Assembly: GCA_964450805.1 (NCBI GenBank)
Contig: CAYVDD010000001.1
Location: forward strand, 329,288-393,287
Length of the DNA: 64,000 bases
From: an uncultured Candidatus Saccharibacteria bacterium
Lineage (GTDB): Bacteria > Patescibacteriota > Minisyncoccia > Minisyncoccales > JANBVM01
Reading direction: 5' to 3'
Shown: piece by piece, positions 7,105 through 17,207 of the stretch
Layout: every line of letters starts with the position of its first letter
How positions within the stretch are numbered: the first letter of the stretch is position 1
Position numbers and translations under genes: made by a program
The notes under the pieces: generated by a model
Seen by the model: the letters and a program-made list of their open reading frames with translations, nothing else
Databases searched by the model: none
Told to the model about the DNA's origin: nothing

Positions 7105-9324
7105 TTATTCCAATCCTAAATTTTTCAAAAACTCTTCAATACTTGGCTGTAGTGATGGATCAAGCTCTAACACCTTTAAAGCAGCCTCCTTGGCATCGTT
7201 TAATCTTCCGGCATTAGCATAACTTGCAGCCAAATTAGCCCATATTTCAGTATTTCTAGCATAATATTCAAGTTTTAGTACATCTTCGTAAATTTTAATC
7301 AATGCCTCTTCTCCTTGTACAGTACTGTAGATTTCGCCTCCATGCCTTAAAGTTTCTAAATTCTGTGTCCAGTTATAGCCATGTTCTTCTGCTTTTTTAA
7401 GTTCAGCAAAAGCCAAGTCGTACTCACCTGTTATTTTATATGCCATGGTCAAATACCAATAAGCCTGACCATATCTCGGTTCTAAATCAATTGCATATTG
7501 AAACAAATCATACGAAGTTTGGTAGTTACCTTTAAATAGTTCAATTTCAGCTAATTGCCAGTAAGTCTGTTGATTATTCGGGCTTAGCTCTTTTGCTTTT
7601 TCCATAGTCTTCTCTGCTAAATCTAGAATATCTTTGTCCTGACTAACACGATAATGGGCAAAATAGGTTCTTCCCAAAAAAAGATGTGGTCTGTAATCTA
7701 AAGGATTTTCTTTTATACTCTTTTCCATTTCTTGTTCAGCTAATTTAAAAAATTCTCCAATATTGCTGGGATATCCTGATTTTAAACTGGTTTGGACAAT
7801 TTTCTGAGCAAACTGTTCTCTGGCTTCATACTTATCCATAAAAGTATTTAAAGATTGTTTAAAATAATTTGCTGATTCCTCCGGACCTTCAGCCAAAACA
7901 ATCATATTAACAATATTCCTGGCGCCTAAATAAGGCTGAATGTTACCGTAAAAAAGCAGGATAACTGTTAACAATGCAACAGCACCAATTATTATTTGTC
8001 GTGTTTTTTTAGTGTGTATAAAACTGCTAGGTAAATTATATCCTGTATTTAAAAAAGAACCTTTATCTTCCTCAATTAAATAACTGATAAAACCCAAGGA
8101 TAAGAAGAAAACTACATAACTTGAAATCATATCAAAAACAAGCATGTTGTGAAAGAAATACACAATAAGCAGAACAATCATTATTAAAGGACCAAACATA
8201 TTTTCTTGTCTTTTAAAACAGATCTTTAAAAGATTAAAAATAGAAATTTCAAAAATGAATAAATAAGTTATGAAACCAACTATTCCTGTTGTAGTCAAAA
8301 TATCCAAGACAATATTATGAGCCCTATCAAACCAAATTTCACCACCACATTCATCTACAAACATGCATGGATTAAAAAATTCAACAAAAAGAACATTAAA
8401 ATTTTCTAGGCCCCATCCTAAAACAGGCTTTTTTAAAAATCCTTTCCAACTTGTTTCCCAAACAGCGACTCTTGGCCCCATCTCTTTTAAAGTTTGACTG
8501 ATTTTGGCCTTAATAAAAGAAGGATGAAGAATAAGTAATATTACAGCAATTATTACCAAAAAAGAAAAGATAAAAATTCCTATTTTCTGAATTTTTTTCT
8601 GTTTAGAAAATATTAAATAACCAAAGAATATAAGAAATAATCCCATTGCAAAAGAAATGATTGCACCTCTGGCACTAGAGGTTAATAAAGTAGGAATCAT
8701 GACTAGTAAAGATAAGCCAGAGAATAATCGCCATCCTGTATGCTTTCTCTCAAAAAACAAAAACAGGCTGAAAAAAACATTAAAAAGTAGATAGGCTGCC
8801 ATAAAGGAGGTATTTCCAATAGGACCTCCCCCTCTAGAAGAAACCTGCTCAGTTGTTACAAGACCAATACAGAGGAAGACTCCTGCTAATACTGAAACTG
8901 CAAGGAATTTTCTCCAGGCATCTTTATCTTTAAAAACACTTGTTAAAACTATAAAAAAGGCCAAAAGGTGTAAGAATGTAAAGATTCCTGTCATTCTTTC
9001 ATAAACACTCCAAAAGCTTCTTTTAAGATTGATTCCTAGAAAAGAAGTCAGAATAAGGATTAAAATGAATACTAGAATAGAAACGAAAAGACCATTCATT
9101 TTTGGACGGTAGCGGGGAGCAAATATTACCAAAATTAAATAAAAAGCAAAAATAATTTCTATTAGAATTCTGAAATAAATGGTTTTTGGGGTCACAAAAG
9201 GGAAAAAAGACCTCTGACTTACGATCAAAGGAGTAAAAAGACTCAAATAAATACCTGATTTGATGAAAAAGAGACAGATTTTCTCTAAAAATGGACCTAT
9301 ACTCTGTTTAGTTTTTTTATTCAT
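7105..9324 (-). CDS. O-antigen ligase/Wzy_C-family polytopic membrane protein with C-terminal TPR repeats
   Basis: Contains more than 10 predicted TM helices, SSARGAIISF...GWGLENF...RAHNIVLD (Wzy_C-like loop), and TPR-like repeats in the last ~250 aa. Confidence 0.7.
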   Translation of the reverse strand: MNKKTKQSIGPFLEKICLFFIKSGIYLSLFTPLIVSQRSFFPFVTPKTIYFRILIEIIFAFYLILVIFAPRYRPKMNGLFVSILVFILILILTSFLGINLKRSFWSVYERMTGIFTFLHLLAFFIVLTSVFKDKDAWRKFLAVSVLAGVFLCIGLVTTEQVSSRGGGPIGNTSFMAAYLLFNVFFSLFLFFERKHTGWRLFSGLSLLVMIPTLLTSSARGAIISFAMGLFLIFFGYLIFSKQKKIQKIGIFIFSFLVIIAVILLILHPSFIKAKISQTLKEMGPRVAVWETSWKGFLKKPVLGWGLENFNVLFVEFFNPCMFVDECGGEIWFDRAHNIVLDILTTTGIVGFITYLFIFEISIFNLLKICFKRQENMFGPLIMIVLLIVYFFHNMLVFDMISSYVVFFLSLGFISYLIEEDKGSFLNTGYNLPSSFIHTKKTRQIIIGAVALLTVILLFYGNIQPYLGARNIVNMIVLAEGPEESANYFKQSLNTFMDKYEAREQFAQKIVQTSLKSGYPSNIGEFFKLAEQEMEKSIKENPLDYRPHLFLGRTYFAHYRVSQDKDILDLAEKTMEKAKELSPNNQQTYWQLAEIELFKGNYQTSYDLFQYAIDLEPRYGQAYWYLTMAYKITGEYDLAFAELKKAEEHGYNWTQNLETLRHGGEIYSTVQGEEALIKIYEDVLKLEYYARNTEIWANLAASYANAGRLNDAKEAALKVLELDPSLQPSIEEFLKNLGLE

Positions 9325-9352
9325 TCAATTATTTTAACTAATATTAAAGATA

Positions 9353-9381
9353 TTGCAAATTTCAGCACAATTTATTAGAAT
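9353..9381 (+). promoter_or_regulatory. sigma70-type promoter (TTGCAA-17-TAGAAT), probably giving a leaderless or near-leaderless mRNA
   Basis: TTGCAA 9353-9358, 17-nt spacer, TAGAAT 9376-9381. The ATG at 9388 is only 6 nt after the -10, and no SD is present. Confidence 0.45.
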
Positions 9382-9387
9382 ATAGCT

Positions 9388-10698
9388 ATGTCAAATCTAA
9401 GAAAATTTGTCCTGCTTTTAGGAGATATTTTTCTACTCTATTTCTCACTACTCTTAACTGTACTCTTAGGATTTTTAGGAGATTTCAGCTTTGAACTCTT
9501 TGTTCTGCACTTATTGCCTTTTTCAATACTTTATGTTTTTTGGTTGATTATTTTCTATGTTTTTGGGCTCTATGATTTTCATCTAATAAAAACTAGGACT
9601 TCTTTTTACGCTAGTATCTTAGGAGCTATTGCTATTGGACTGGTATTGGGAATGCTTTTCTTTTATACTTTCCCATTTTTTGAAATTACGCCCAAAACTA
9701 ACTTGGTTATTAATGCTCTGCTTTTCGGAATACTGTTCTTAGGATGGCGCAGATTGTCTTATTCTCTATTTTCAGTCCACTTCTTAAGCAGAACAGCAAT
9801 TATAGGCAAAGGCCCTGAAATTGAATATCTTAAAAAAGAAATTAATGAAAAGCCTTATCTTGGTTACAAAGTTATCCCAATTGATATAACACAAGATTTA
9901 CTTTCTCAAATCCAAAATCTTAATATTGATACAGTAATTTTTACAGAAGAATTTGAATCAAATCCTAAAATACTTAAAGCGCTTTATTTCTGTCTTCCAG
10001 CAAAAGTGAATTTTTTGGAATTCTCAAAAGCTTATGAGTTAATTTATAGGAAAATTCCTGTTCAAATGGTTTCTAAGGCATGGTTTTTAGAAAATCTAAA
10101 AGAAGGAGAGAAAGGTTTTTATGATAAATCAAAAAAGTTTATTGATGTTATTATTGCCAGCATTATTCTCATTTTAAGTTTTCCTTTTTGGATACCGATT
10201 GCTATAGTTATCAAATTAGAGGATAAAGGACCTATTTTTTATTCACAGAAAAGAGTCGGTAAAGACAGAAAAGTTTTTATATTGTATAAATTTAGATCAA
10301 TGAGACCTGATGCTGAAAAAAATGGAGTTGTTTGGGCAAAAAAAGAAGATGAAAGAGTCACAAAGGTAGGCAGAATCTTGCGAAGAACTCATATTGACGA
10401 ATTTCCTCAGATGATAAATGTATTAAAAGGAGATATTTCTTTAATTGGACCAAGACCAGAAAGGCCGGAATTTGTACAAGAATTAGAGGGGAAAATCCCT
10501 CACTACCACTTGCGCCATATTATCAAACCCGGGTTTACTGGATGGGCTCAAATAAGATTCAGATATGGTAGATCAGTTATAGATAGTAGTGAAAAGTTTG
10601 AATATGATTTATATTATTTAAAAAATCGTAATTTCTTACTTGACATAGGAATATTGTTAAAAACCTTTCAATTATTCTTTAAGAATGAAAACTCTTAA
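9388..10698 (+). CDS. polyprenyl-phosphate glycosyl-1-phosphate transferase (WbaP/Bac_transf family priming enzyme)
   Basis: N-terminal TM helices, then KFRSM, DEFPQ and GDISLIGPRPERPEF motifs. Confidence 0.85.
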   Translation: MSNLRKFVLLLGDIFLLYFSLLLTVLLGFLGDFSFELFVLHLLPFSILYVFWLIIFYVFGLYDFHLIKTRTSFYASILGAIAIGLVLGMLFFYTFPFFEITPKTNLVINALLFGILFLGWRRLSYSLFSVHFLSRTAIIGKGPEIEYLKKEINEKPYLGYKVIPIDITQDLLSQIQNLNIDTVIFTEEFESNPKILKALYFCLPAKVNFLEFSKAYELIYRKIPVQMVSKAWFLENLKEGEKGFYDKSKKFIDVIIASIILILSFPFWIPIAIVIKLEDKGPIFYSQKRVGKDRKVFILYKFRSMRPDAEKNGVVWAKKEDERVTKVGRILRRTHIDEFPQMINVLKGDISLIGPRPERPEFVQELEGKIPHYHLRHIIKPGFTGWAQIRFRYGRSVIDSSEKFEYDLYYLKNRNFLLDIGILLKTFQLFFKNENS

Positions 10699-11938
10699 AC
10701 AAAGGATTTATAAGTTTTTACGTTGGTCACAAAAATATACAAAAACTGACAATGTATATCTTTTTGAAAGTGGAGGCTGGTTAGGATTCAGTAATCTTTT
10801 TAATACGCTCATTGCTATCGTATCTTCAATTACATTTGCCAATCTGCTTGATCCCATAGTCTATGGAAATTATAAATACATACTTTCCATCACAGGAATG
10901 TTGGGTATTTTTAGTCTTGGAGGAATTGCAAAATCTATTACCCAAGCTGTTGCCCGAGGATTGGAAGGCTCTTTTTATACTGGGTTTAAAGTAAAACTGA
11001 AATGGAGTACATTGGGTAGTTTAAATGCATTAATATTAGCCAGTTATTATTTCATCAAAGGAAATTATCTTTTACCAATCCCTTTAATCATTGTAGCTAT
11101 CTTTTTACCGCTAGTTCGTAGTTTTGGTATTTATTCATCTTTTCTACAAGGCAAGAAGCTCTTCTCTATTGATGCACAATACTCTACTCTCTCCACTTTC
11201 TTTTCTACTTTGATTTCAATCATAACTGTTTTTTTGACCAATAATGTTCTCTGGTTAATTTTAGCTTATTTTATATCAAATACTGTTTTAAACTATATTT
11301 TTTATTCAATTATAAAGAGGAAATTCCAGCCAAATAAAAAAGAAGATCCCCAAACTATTTCTTATGGAAAACATCTTACTTTAATAGACTTATTAGGCCA
11401 AATTGCTTCGCAGCTAGATAGAATACTGCTCTTTACTTTTATTGGGGCAAATCAATTATCCATATTTACATTTGCCCTTATCATTCCTAGTCAAATCAGA
11501 AGTCTTTTAAAGAATATTTCTATTCTTGCCTTTCCGAAACTTTCAGCAAAGCCTATAGAAGAAATTAAGAAGGGTATGAAACGAAAAGTTTGGCAACTAT
11601 TTCTTCTAGCTGCAGTAACAACAATTAGTTATATTTTAATTGCACCTTATATTTTTAGATTAATTTTCCCTCAATATTTAGATTCTATATTTTATTCTCA
11701 AATATATGCTCTTGCAATAATGACTCTTCCTTTTAGCTTGATACTAACAACTTTTGAAGCAAAATTAATGAAAAAAGAGCTTTATTTACTTCAGATTAAT
11801 TCATTTTTGCAAATAATTCTTTCATTATTTTTAGTACCTAAATTTGGAGTATCAGGTGCAATTTTTTCAAGACTGATAGTTAAATTTATTAACATTTTCT
11901 TTATTGTGTTTTTATTTAAGAAAGCTCAAACTTCTTAA
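10685..11938 (+). CDS. Wzx-like polysaccharide flippase (MOP superfamily)
   Basis: 417 aa and polytopic throughout. Directly follows and overlaps the priming transferase. Confidence 0.6.
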   Translation: MKTLKQRIYKFLRWSQKYTKTDNVYLFESGGWLGFSNLFNTLIAIVSSITFANLLDPIVYGNYKYILSITGMLGIFSLGGIAKSITQAVARGLEGSFYTGFKVKLKWSTLGSLNALILASYYFIKGNYLLPIPLIIVAIFLPLVRSFGIYSSFLQGKKLFSIDAQYSTLSTFFSTLISIITVFLTNNVLWLILAYFISNTVLNYIFYSIIKRKFQPNKKEDPQTISYGKHLTLIDLLGQIASQLDRILLFTFIGANQLSIFTFALIIPSQIRSLLKNISILAFPKLSAKPIEEIKKGMKRKVWQLFLLAAVTTISYILIAPYIFRLIFPQYLDSIFYSQIYALAIMTLPFSLILTTFEAKLMKKELYLLQINSFLQIILSLFLVPKFGVSGAIFSRLIVKFINIFFIVFLFKKAQTS

Positions 11939-11948
11939 ATTCTCATTT

Positions 11949-13832
11949 CTAAAACCTTATAACTCTTGAGAGTTCTTTAGTAAAATCTTTTTTAGTGTCA
12001 ATATATTTTTTATAAAACTGTCTACCTAAATTAAGAACAATTTCTAAATAAGCTTTATCAATAAATAGTCTATTGATAGATTCAATTGCTTCTTCAGCAT
12101 TCTTTACAATTATTCCACAATCTTGATAACTATACTTTAATACGTCTTTTTCAATTCTTGATAAGATATCAATATATACCACTGGAATACCTACTGCCTG
12201 ACAATCTAAAATAGTAGTACTAATTCCTCCTGGAAAAACAGCAACATCACAACGTTTAAGATCTTTCAGTTTCCATCTCTTTTTAATATGGCTAATGGGA
12301 AAATTTTTGTATTGTTCCACTAATTTATCATAAAATTCCCAATAATCCTCTAATTTATGAGATTTTATTATTATTTTAAAACCGGAATTTAAAAACTGAC
12401 CAACAATAGCTTCTATTGTTTTAAAAAATAAATTTAAATTTTTTACTTCATAGATCCATGAATTTAATTTCATTGCAGTGAAAAGAACAATGGTTTTTTG
12501 GTTTGATTGATAAAAAGAATTAGAAATTTTTCTTTTCTTTTCTCCTATAACATTGAACCTATAATCGTTAATACCTGTTCTTCTAATATTTGTAACCACT
12601 CCTTGCCCTGAAACTAAAATCTTATCTCCTAAAGATTTTATTGGATCAATGCAAGGTACAAACAATGGACATCCATGGGTGAAAGTATATACCTTAGCGC
12701 CTATTTCTCTCGCAGTAAAAACAAAAGTTCTGCCAATATAGTGATGAAGATCTGAAGTAATAAAAATCTTTGGCAAATGTAATTTGAATATTGAAAATAA
12801 CCATTCGCGATAACCTTCAATAATAATTGTTCTATATAAATAAAAATAAAGATAGGTAGAAAAAAGCTCTTCTATATTAAACTTTTCGAAAATAGAATCT
12901 GTTTTAATAATAAAATTGTAATCGTCAAAAGCTTTAATTGATTTTGAGATAAAAGTAGAAATGTTCTTTAAAAAATAAGTTCTGATTGGCTTTTTAGTAT
13001 AAAAATAATGATTTGGTGATAGATATCTTGACTCTTCTTTCCTAAAAAAAAGATGAACAATATTTAAATCTTTCAATTCATTGGAAAGGTCTAATAAATT
13101 AGTGTGTTTTATTAGATCCCCTCCCCAATTAATAAATATTTTTTTATCCTTTTGGTTTTTACTATCTATATTTTTGCCCTTAAATATATTTTCATTTTGC
13201 TCTGTAATACTAAAAATATTTTTCCAAATATTCAAAAAGAACTTGATAAAACTATTAAAAGATAGGAATCGAAAAATATTTTTAGGAGATACGAATAAAA
13301 TAATAAATAAAGGAATTCTTTTTATCTTAATATCTTTTTGTCCTTCAGCTAAATTATTAATAACAGGATTGAAGATCTCACTTTTAAAAGCGAAACCAAA
13401 CTTTTTATGAAAAGGAATCAAAAAATATCTTCTATAAGGCAAAACAACCATAGAATCAGGATTGAGAATTCTTATAGTATTTTTGAATATAGCTTTACTC
13501 ATTAAAATACTATAAAAAATTTCCTGTATGCTAGGCAGAAGAATATTGTGAAGATATTTTTGTTTTTTTATTTTTTTAAGAAACAAAAGGGCATCTTTAC
13601 TAGCTTCTTTAAAACATTTGTATTGGAAATCATTTATATCAATAAGATCAAACAAATATTTTACATTTTTAAATAAGTCTTTCGTCCTATCTAAAAAAGA
13701 ATAATTGCAACAAATAACTAATAGATTTTCGAAATCATAGTTTCTCAGAAATGAAAATTTTCTGGTAAACTGTAAAATCTTTAAATCAATTTCATCTTCA
13801 ATAAAAATAATTTTCCTTTCTTTTTTTTTCAT
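11949..13832 (-). CDS. large soluble protein of unknown function, possible GT-B-like polymer-building transferase
   Basis: The C-terminal half (THGCP...VSGQG...IVLFTA...DVAVFPGGISTTILDCQAVGIPVVY) resembles the retaining edge of GT-B / capsule-synthesis type enzymes. By-eye paralog of the next gene. Confidence 0.3.
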   Translation of the reverse strand: MKKKERKIIFIEDEIDLKILQFTRKFSFLRNYDFENLLVICCNYSFLDRTKDLFKNVKYLFDLIDINDFQYKCFKEASKDALLFLKKIKKQKYLHNILLPSIQEIFYSILMSKAIFKNTIRILNPDSMVVLPYRRYFLIPFHKKFGFAFKSEIFNPVINNLAEGQKDIKIKRIPLFIILFVSPKNIFRFLSFNSFIKFFLNIWKNIFSITEQNENIFKGKNIDSKNQKDKKIFINWGGDLIKHTNLLDLSNELKDLNIVHLFFRKEESRYLSPNHYFYTKKPIRTYFLKNISTFISKSIKAFDDYNFIIKTDSIFEKFNIEELFSTYLYFYLYRTIIIEGYREWLFSIFKLHLPKIFITSDLHHYIGRTFVFTAREIGAKVYTFTHGCPLFVPCIDPIKSLGDKILVSGQGVVTNIRRTGINDYRFNVIGEKKRKISNSFYQSNQKTIVLFTAMKLNSWIYEVKNLNLFFKTIEAIVGQFLNSGFKIIIKSHKLEDYWEFYDKLVEQYKNFPISHIKKRWKLKDLKRCDVAVFPGGISTTILDCQAVGIPVVYIDILSRIEKDVLKYSYQDCGIIVKNAEEAIESINRLFIDKAYLEIVLNLGRQFYKKYIDTKKDFTKELSRVIRF

Positions 13833-13850
13833 TTGTCTATATTGTTTTTT

Positions 13851-15620
13851 TTATTTAATTTGTGAGAACTTCTCTGCCTGATTAACAACCCATTTACTTC
13901 CGTTTTTATACGGATCACCAAAAAATCTTTCTCTTAATCTTATTAAAATCTTTTTTGAAATACCTACATTTTTTCTTATGCAAACAATCAGTCTTTCTGG
14001 ATTTTCAGCAAAAAAATCTTGGTCATTAATAGATTTCATATCAAAATAATCGCCCCACTTATTAGTCCAGAAAAACACAAAAGGTTTTAGTTGTATCAAA
14101 CCTTCTAAAACAGCTGTGCTGTGAGAACCAACTACAATATCTGATTGAGAAATCGCTTCAATCATACTACCTCTAATAATCTTTATTCTTTTCAAAAATA
14201 AAGGGTTATTCTTTCTAAGCCACATTTCAAAGCCATCTCTGTAAGGACGAAATTTCAAATACAAATCAAAATCATTAACCTTTAAGAGTCTTGTGAGATA
14301 TGGCATAATTTCTAGGGGATCAGCTAATTGTTCTGAAATAAATAATATTTTGAGACCTCTATTTTTACTTTTTAAATGTACGCGAGAAGTTTCATATTTT
14401 AAAGGCCTCATTGGCCCTGAAACGTATAATTGTTCTGGTTTATAAGCTCTACTATTTTTAAGATAATACTCTTTCCACCAATCGCTCCAAAGACCATATT
14501 TATCAACAGAGAATGTTTTCCTATTATTAAATCCAATAAAATCATATAGAGCATAGTATTTAGAAGAAGCTCCATGCATAATACCAACTATAGGTATTGA
14601 ATTCAGTTTACACCCTAAAACTGTATGAAAATTACGATTACAAGCAGCAATAACAATGCCTGTTTTAATACCAATTTTCTGCAAGATAAATTTTATTATA
14701 CGGATTGAAAAAATATTCCCTTTAGACCTGCCGAGATAATGAATAGAACATAAAAACCAGAAATAGTCTTCTGGATTACTTTTTAAAGATGATGAGTATA
14801 GATAAACTAATTTCTTTTTCTGATTTTCTTCGAAAATACGGACAAAAAAATGAACCAAATCAATAATTGCTGTTGGATAAATCACTGGCCTTTTTCTTCT
14901 AAATGCATGATTTAAAATTACTGATGAAGATTCTAAGCTACGTATAAATTCAACAAAATGAATCTTTCTTTTCCGTAACTCTTCATAAATGAACTTCATT
15001 CTAAAATCATAATCATTAGGAGTATCAAATTTATCACCAGTAAATACCATGATTTTAGGACGACTGAGTATAAGCCAGAAAAAAGAAATAGTAGAAAGAA
15101 TAACTTGAATTAAAACACCAAAAGGAATAGGAATCAATTCCCTTAAATGAAAAGATTTTAGAATAAATAACTGACATTTATGAGCTTTGAGAAAATATTG
15201 AAAAATATGAAGATGAGGAGGCTTGTAAAGATAAATCTTATTAAAATCCTTCAAGTATTCAAGTAATTTATGATACTGGGTATAAGGTAGACAAAACTTG
15301 AAATATATTTGCTCACAGTTAATCCACCAAAGATCATAACCTTTATAATTAATTAATTTAGTTAAACGAGAGCCATCATTAAGATTTAAATGAGAGAGCT
15401 TATTAATAATCTTATAGGCTCGCTGAATACTACCTGACAAAATAAAATCTTCCAATTTCAAAAAAAGAATCTTTTTGTTTGTAATCTGTCTTTTTAGTTT
15501 TTCCGGAGCAATAACAACTTCTAATTTGTTCCACCAATCTTGACTTTTCTTTGGTAAATCATTTGTAAAAACCACCAAAACTGAAGATTTTTTTTTAAGC
15601 TTTTTGTTTAGATAGTTCAT
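13851..15620 (-). CDS. large soluble protein of unknown function, possible GT-B-like polymer-building transferase (paralogous layout to 11949-13832)
   Basis: MHGASS...VSGPMRP...ILFISEQ...DIVVGSHSTAVLEGLIQLKPFVFF, in the same order of elements as the neighbour. Confidence 0.3.
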   Translation of the reverse strand: MNYLNKKLKKKSSVLVVFTNDLPKKSQDWWNKLEVVIAPEKLKRQITNKKILFLKLEDFILSGSIQRAYKIINKLSHLNLNDGSRLTKLINYKGYDLWWINCEQIYFKFCLPYTQYHKLLEYLKDFNKIYLYKPPHLHIFQYFLKAHKCQLFILKSFHLRELIPIPFGVLIQVILSTISFFWLILSRPKIMVFTGDKFDTPNDYDFRMKFIYEELRKRKIHFVEFIRSLESSSVILNHAFRRKRPVIYPTAIIDLVHFFVRIFEENQKKKLVYLYSSSLKSNPEDYFWFLCSIHYLGRSKGNIFSIRIIKFILQKIGIKTGIVIAACNRNFHTVLGCKLNSIPIVGIMHGASSKYYALYDFIGFNNRKTFSVDKYGLWSDWWKEYYLKNSRAYKPEQLYVSGPMRPLKYETSRVHLKSKNRGLKILFISEQLADPLEIMPYLTRLLKVNDFDLYLKFRPYRDGFEMWLRKNNPLFLKRIKIIRGSMIEAISQSDIVVGSHSTAVLEGLIQLKPFVFFWTNKWGDYFDMKSINDQDFFAENPERLIVCIRKNVGISKKILIRLRERFFGDPYKNGSKWVVNQAEKFSQIK

Positions 15621-16557
15621 TTATTATATTAACAAGAGTATTTTTATGAACACGTTCCCAAGCTAAAGGGCTTGCATTAGCATTATGAGGTGAGAATAGA
15701 ACATTTGAGAATCGTCTTAAAGAACTATCATTAGGTAAAGGTTCTTTTTCAAAAACATCCAGTGCTGCTCCTGCTATTTTTTTTGAAGATAAAGCTTTAA
15801 TTAAATCTTGTTCATTAACTATTGGACCACGAGCCGTATTGATAAGATAAGCTGTGGCTTTCATTAAATCAAAACTCTTTTTATTAATCAAATTATGGCT
15901 AGTAGGATTTAGATCACAATGAATAGTAACAAAATCTGCTTGTTTTAATAAATTCTCCAAAGAAACAACTTCAAGTCCTGTTTCTTTTACGAAATCAGAA
16001 GGAATCTTCTTAATGTCATTACCAAGTATTTTCATTTCAAACGCTTTTGCTCTTCGCGCCATTGCTTTTCCAATATTACCAATACCGACAATACCTAATA
16101 CACATTCTCTAAGAGATATGCTCTTTTGTTTCTGCCATAAACCTTTTTTCATATCAGAATCCAATTGAGGAATTTTACGGGCAAAAGAAAGTATAAAACC
16201 CATTGCAGTATCAGCTACTGCATCTGTAAATGCATTGACAGTGTTGCAAACTGGAATACCATATCGAGCTGCTGCCTCTTTATCAATAGAGTCAGTTCCT
16301 GTACCCCATTTTGAAATCACTTTTAAAGACTTTGCTTTCTCAAGCACTTTTTCTGTAATCCTATCATCACCACAGGCAATTCCATGAATCTGTTTAATAT
16401 AATCCAAACCTAAAAGCTCTTGTTCAGACAATCTTTCCTTAACTTTTAAAATAATTGGTTCAATATTATTTGAACTTAGAAGATCTTTATAATTATTTAT
16501 CACTGGATAAAGATATGGTGCTGTGATTAAAATTTTCCACTTCATATTTTTATACAC
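15595..16557 (-). CDS. D-isomer-specific 2-hydroxyacid dehydrogenase (phosphoglycerate-dehydrogenase-like)
   Basis: GIVGIGNIGKAMARRA (NAD loop), NTARGPIVNEQDL and SPHNA motifs. Confidence 0.8.
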   Translation of the reverse strand: MYKNMKWKILITAPYLYPVINNYKDLLSSNNIEPIILKVKERLSEQELLGLDYIKQIHGIACGDDRITEKVLEKAKSLKVISKWGTGTDSIDKEAAARYGIPVCNTVNAFTDAVADTAMGFILSFARKIPQLDSDMKKGLWQKQKSISLRECVLGIVGIGNIGKAMARRAKAFEMKILGNDIKKIPSDFVKETGLEVVSLENLLKQADFVTIHCDLNPTSHNLINKKSFDLMKATAYLINTARGPIVNEQDLIKALSSKKIAGAALDVFEKEPLPNDSSLRRFSNVLFSPHNANASPLAWERVHKNTLVNIINELSKQKA

Positions 16558-16571
16558 TAATAATCAAAATA

Positions 16572-17207
16572 CTATAAAGGAATTAATATTGCCCTAGCTG
16601 GTGCAGCCTCAACTGCTAAAAGCTTTAAAGGAAGACATATCAATTGATAAGTACCGGAATCAACTCCAGACAAATCAAGCGTTTCAAGTATAATAATTTT
16701 GTTTTTTAAAAGAATTTGATGAACTTTTACTGTTTCATCAAACTTAGCAATTGATAAATAATCTATACCTATTAGCTTAATATTGCTTTTTGCAATCCAG
16801 AAAGCTCCACTCACATCAATTCCTACATAATCTTTTCTGAATTGTTTTTCTCTTTTTTTCCAAAGTTGTGAATTTCTTGTTTTCAATAATATTCTTTCTA
16901 CATTTTTATCTAAATTCAGTTTTTCTAAATCTGAAGCAGTTATAGTCTTTACTTCTGGTAAATAAACAACTACCGCTTTACCAATCAATAGTTCAAAATC
17001 TATTTTGTTCACATTATCACCGTCTTTTATGAAGTGTAATGAATTTTCAATGTGAGTACCTACATGAACATCAAGCTTAATAGAAGTCACATTAGCCAAA
17101 TCACCCTTATTTATATTACTAGATTGCTTGAAATCAATACCATTACTATCTGGCCAAATAGGCGTTTCTTTTTCTAAACCAACCGAAATGTCTATTATTT
17201 TCCTCAT
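16572..17207 (-). CDS. cyclase-family protein (kynurenine-formamidase-like metal hydrolase fold)
   Basis: DVHVGTHIENSLHF (HxGTHxD/E-type motif). The start MRKIID at 17207 forms an ATGA overlap with the upstream stop. Confidence 0.6.
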   Translation of the reverse strand: MRKIIDISVGLEKETPIWPDSNGIDFKQSSNINKGDLANVTSIKLDVHVGTHIENSLHFIKDGDNVNKIDFELLIGKAVVVYLPEVKTITASDLEKLNLDKNVERILLKTRNSQLWKKREKQFRKDYVGIDVSGAFWIAKSNIKLIGIDYLSIAKFDETVKVHQILLKNKIIILETLDLSGVDSGTYQLICLPLKLLAVEAAPARAILIPL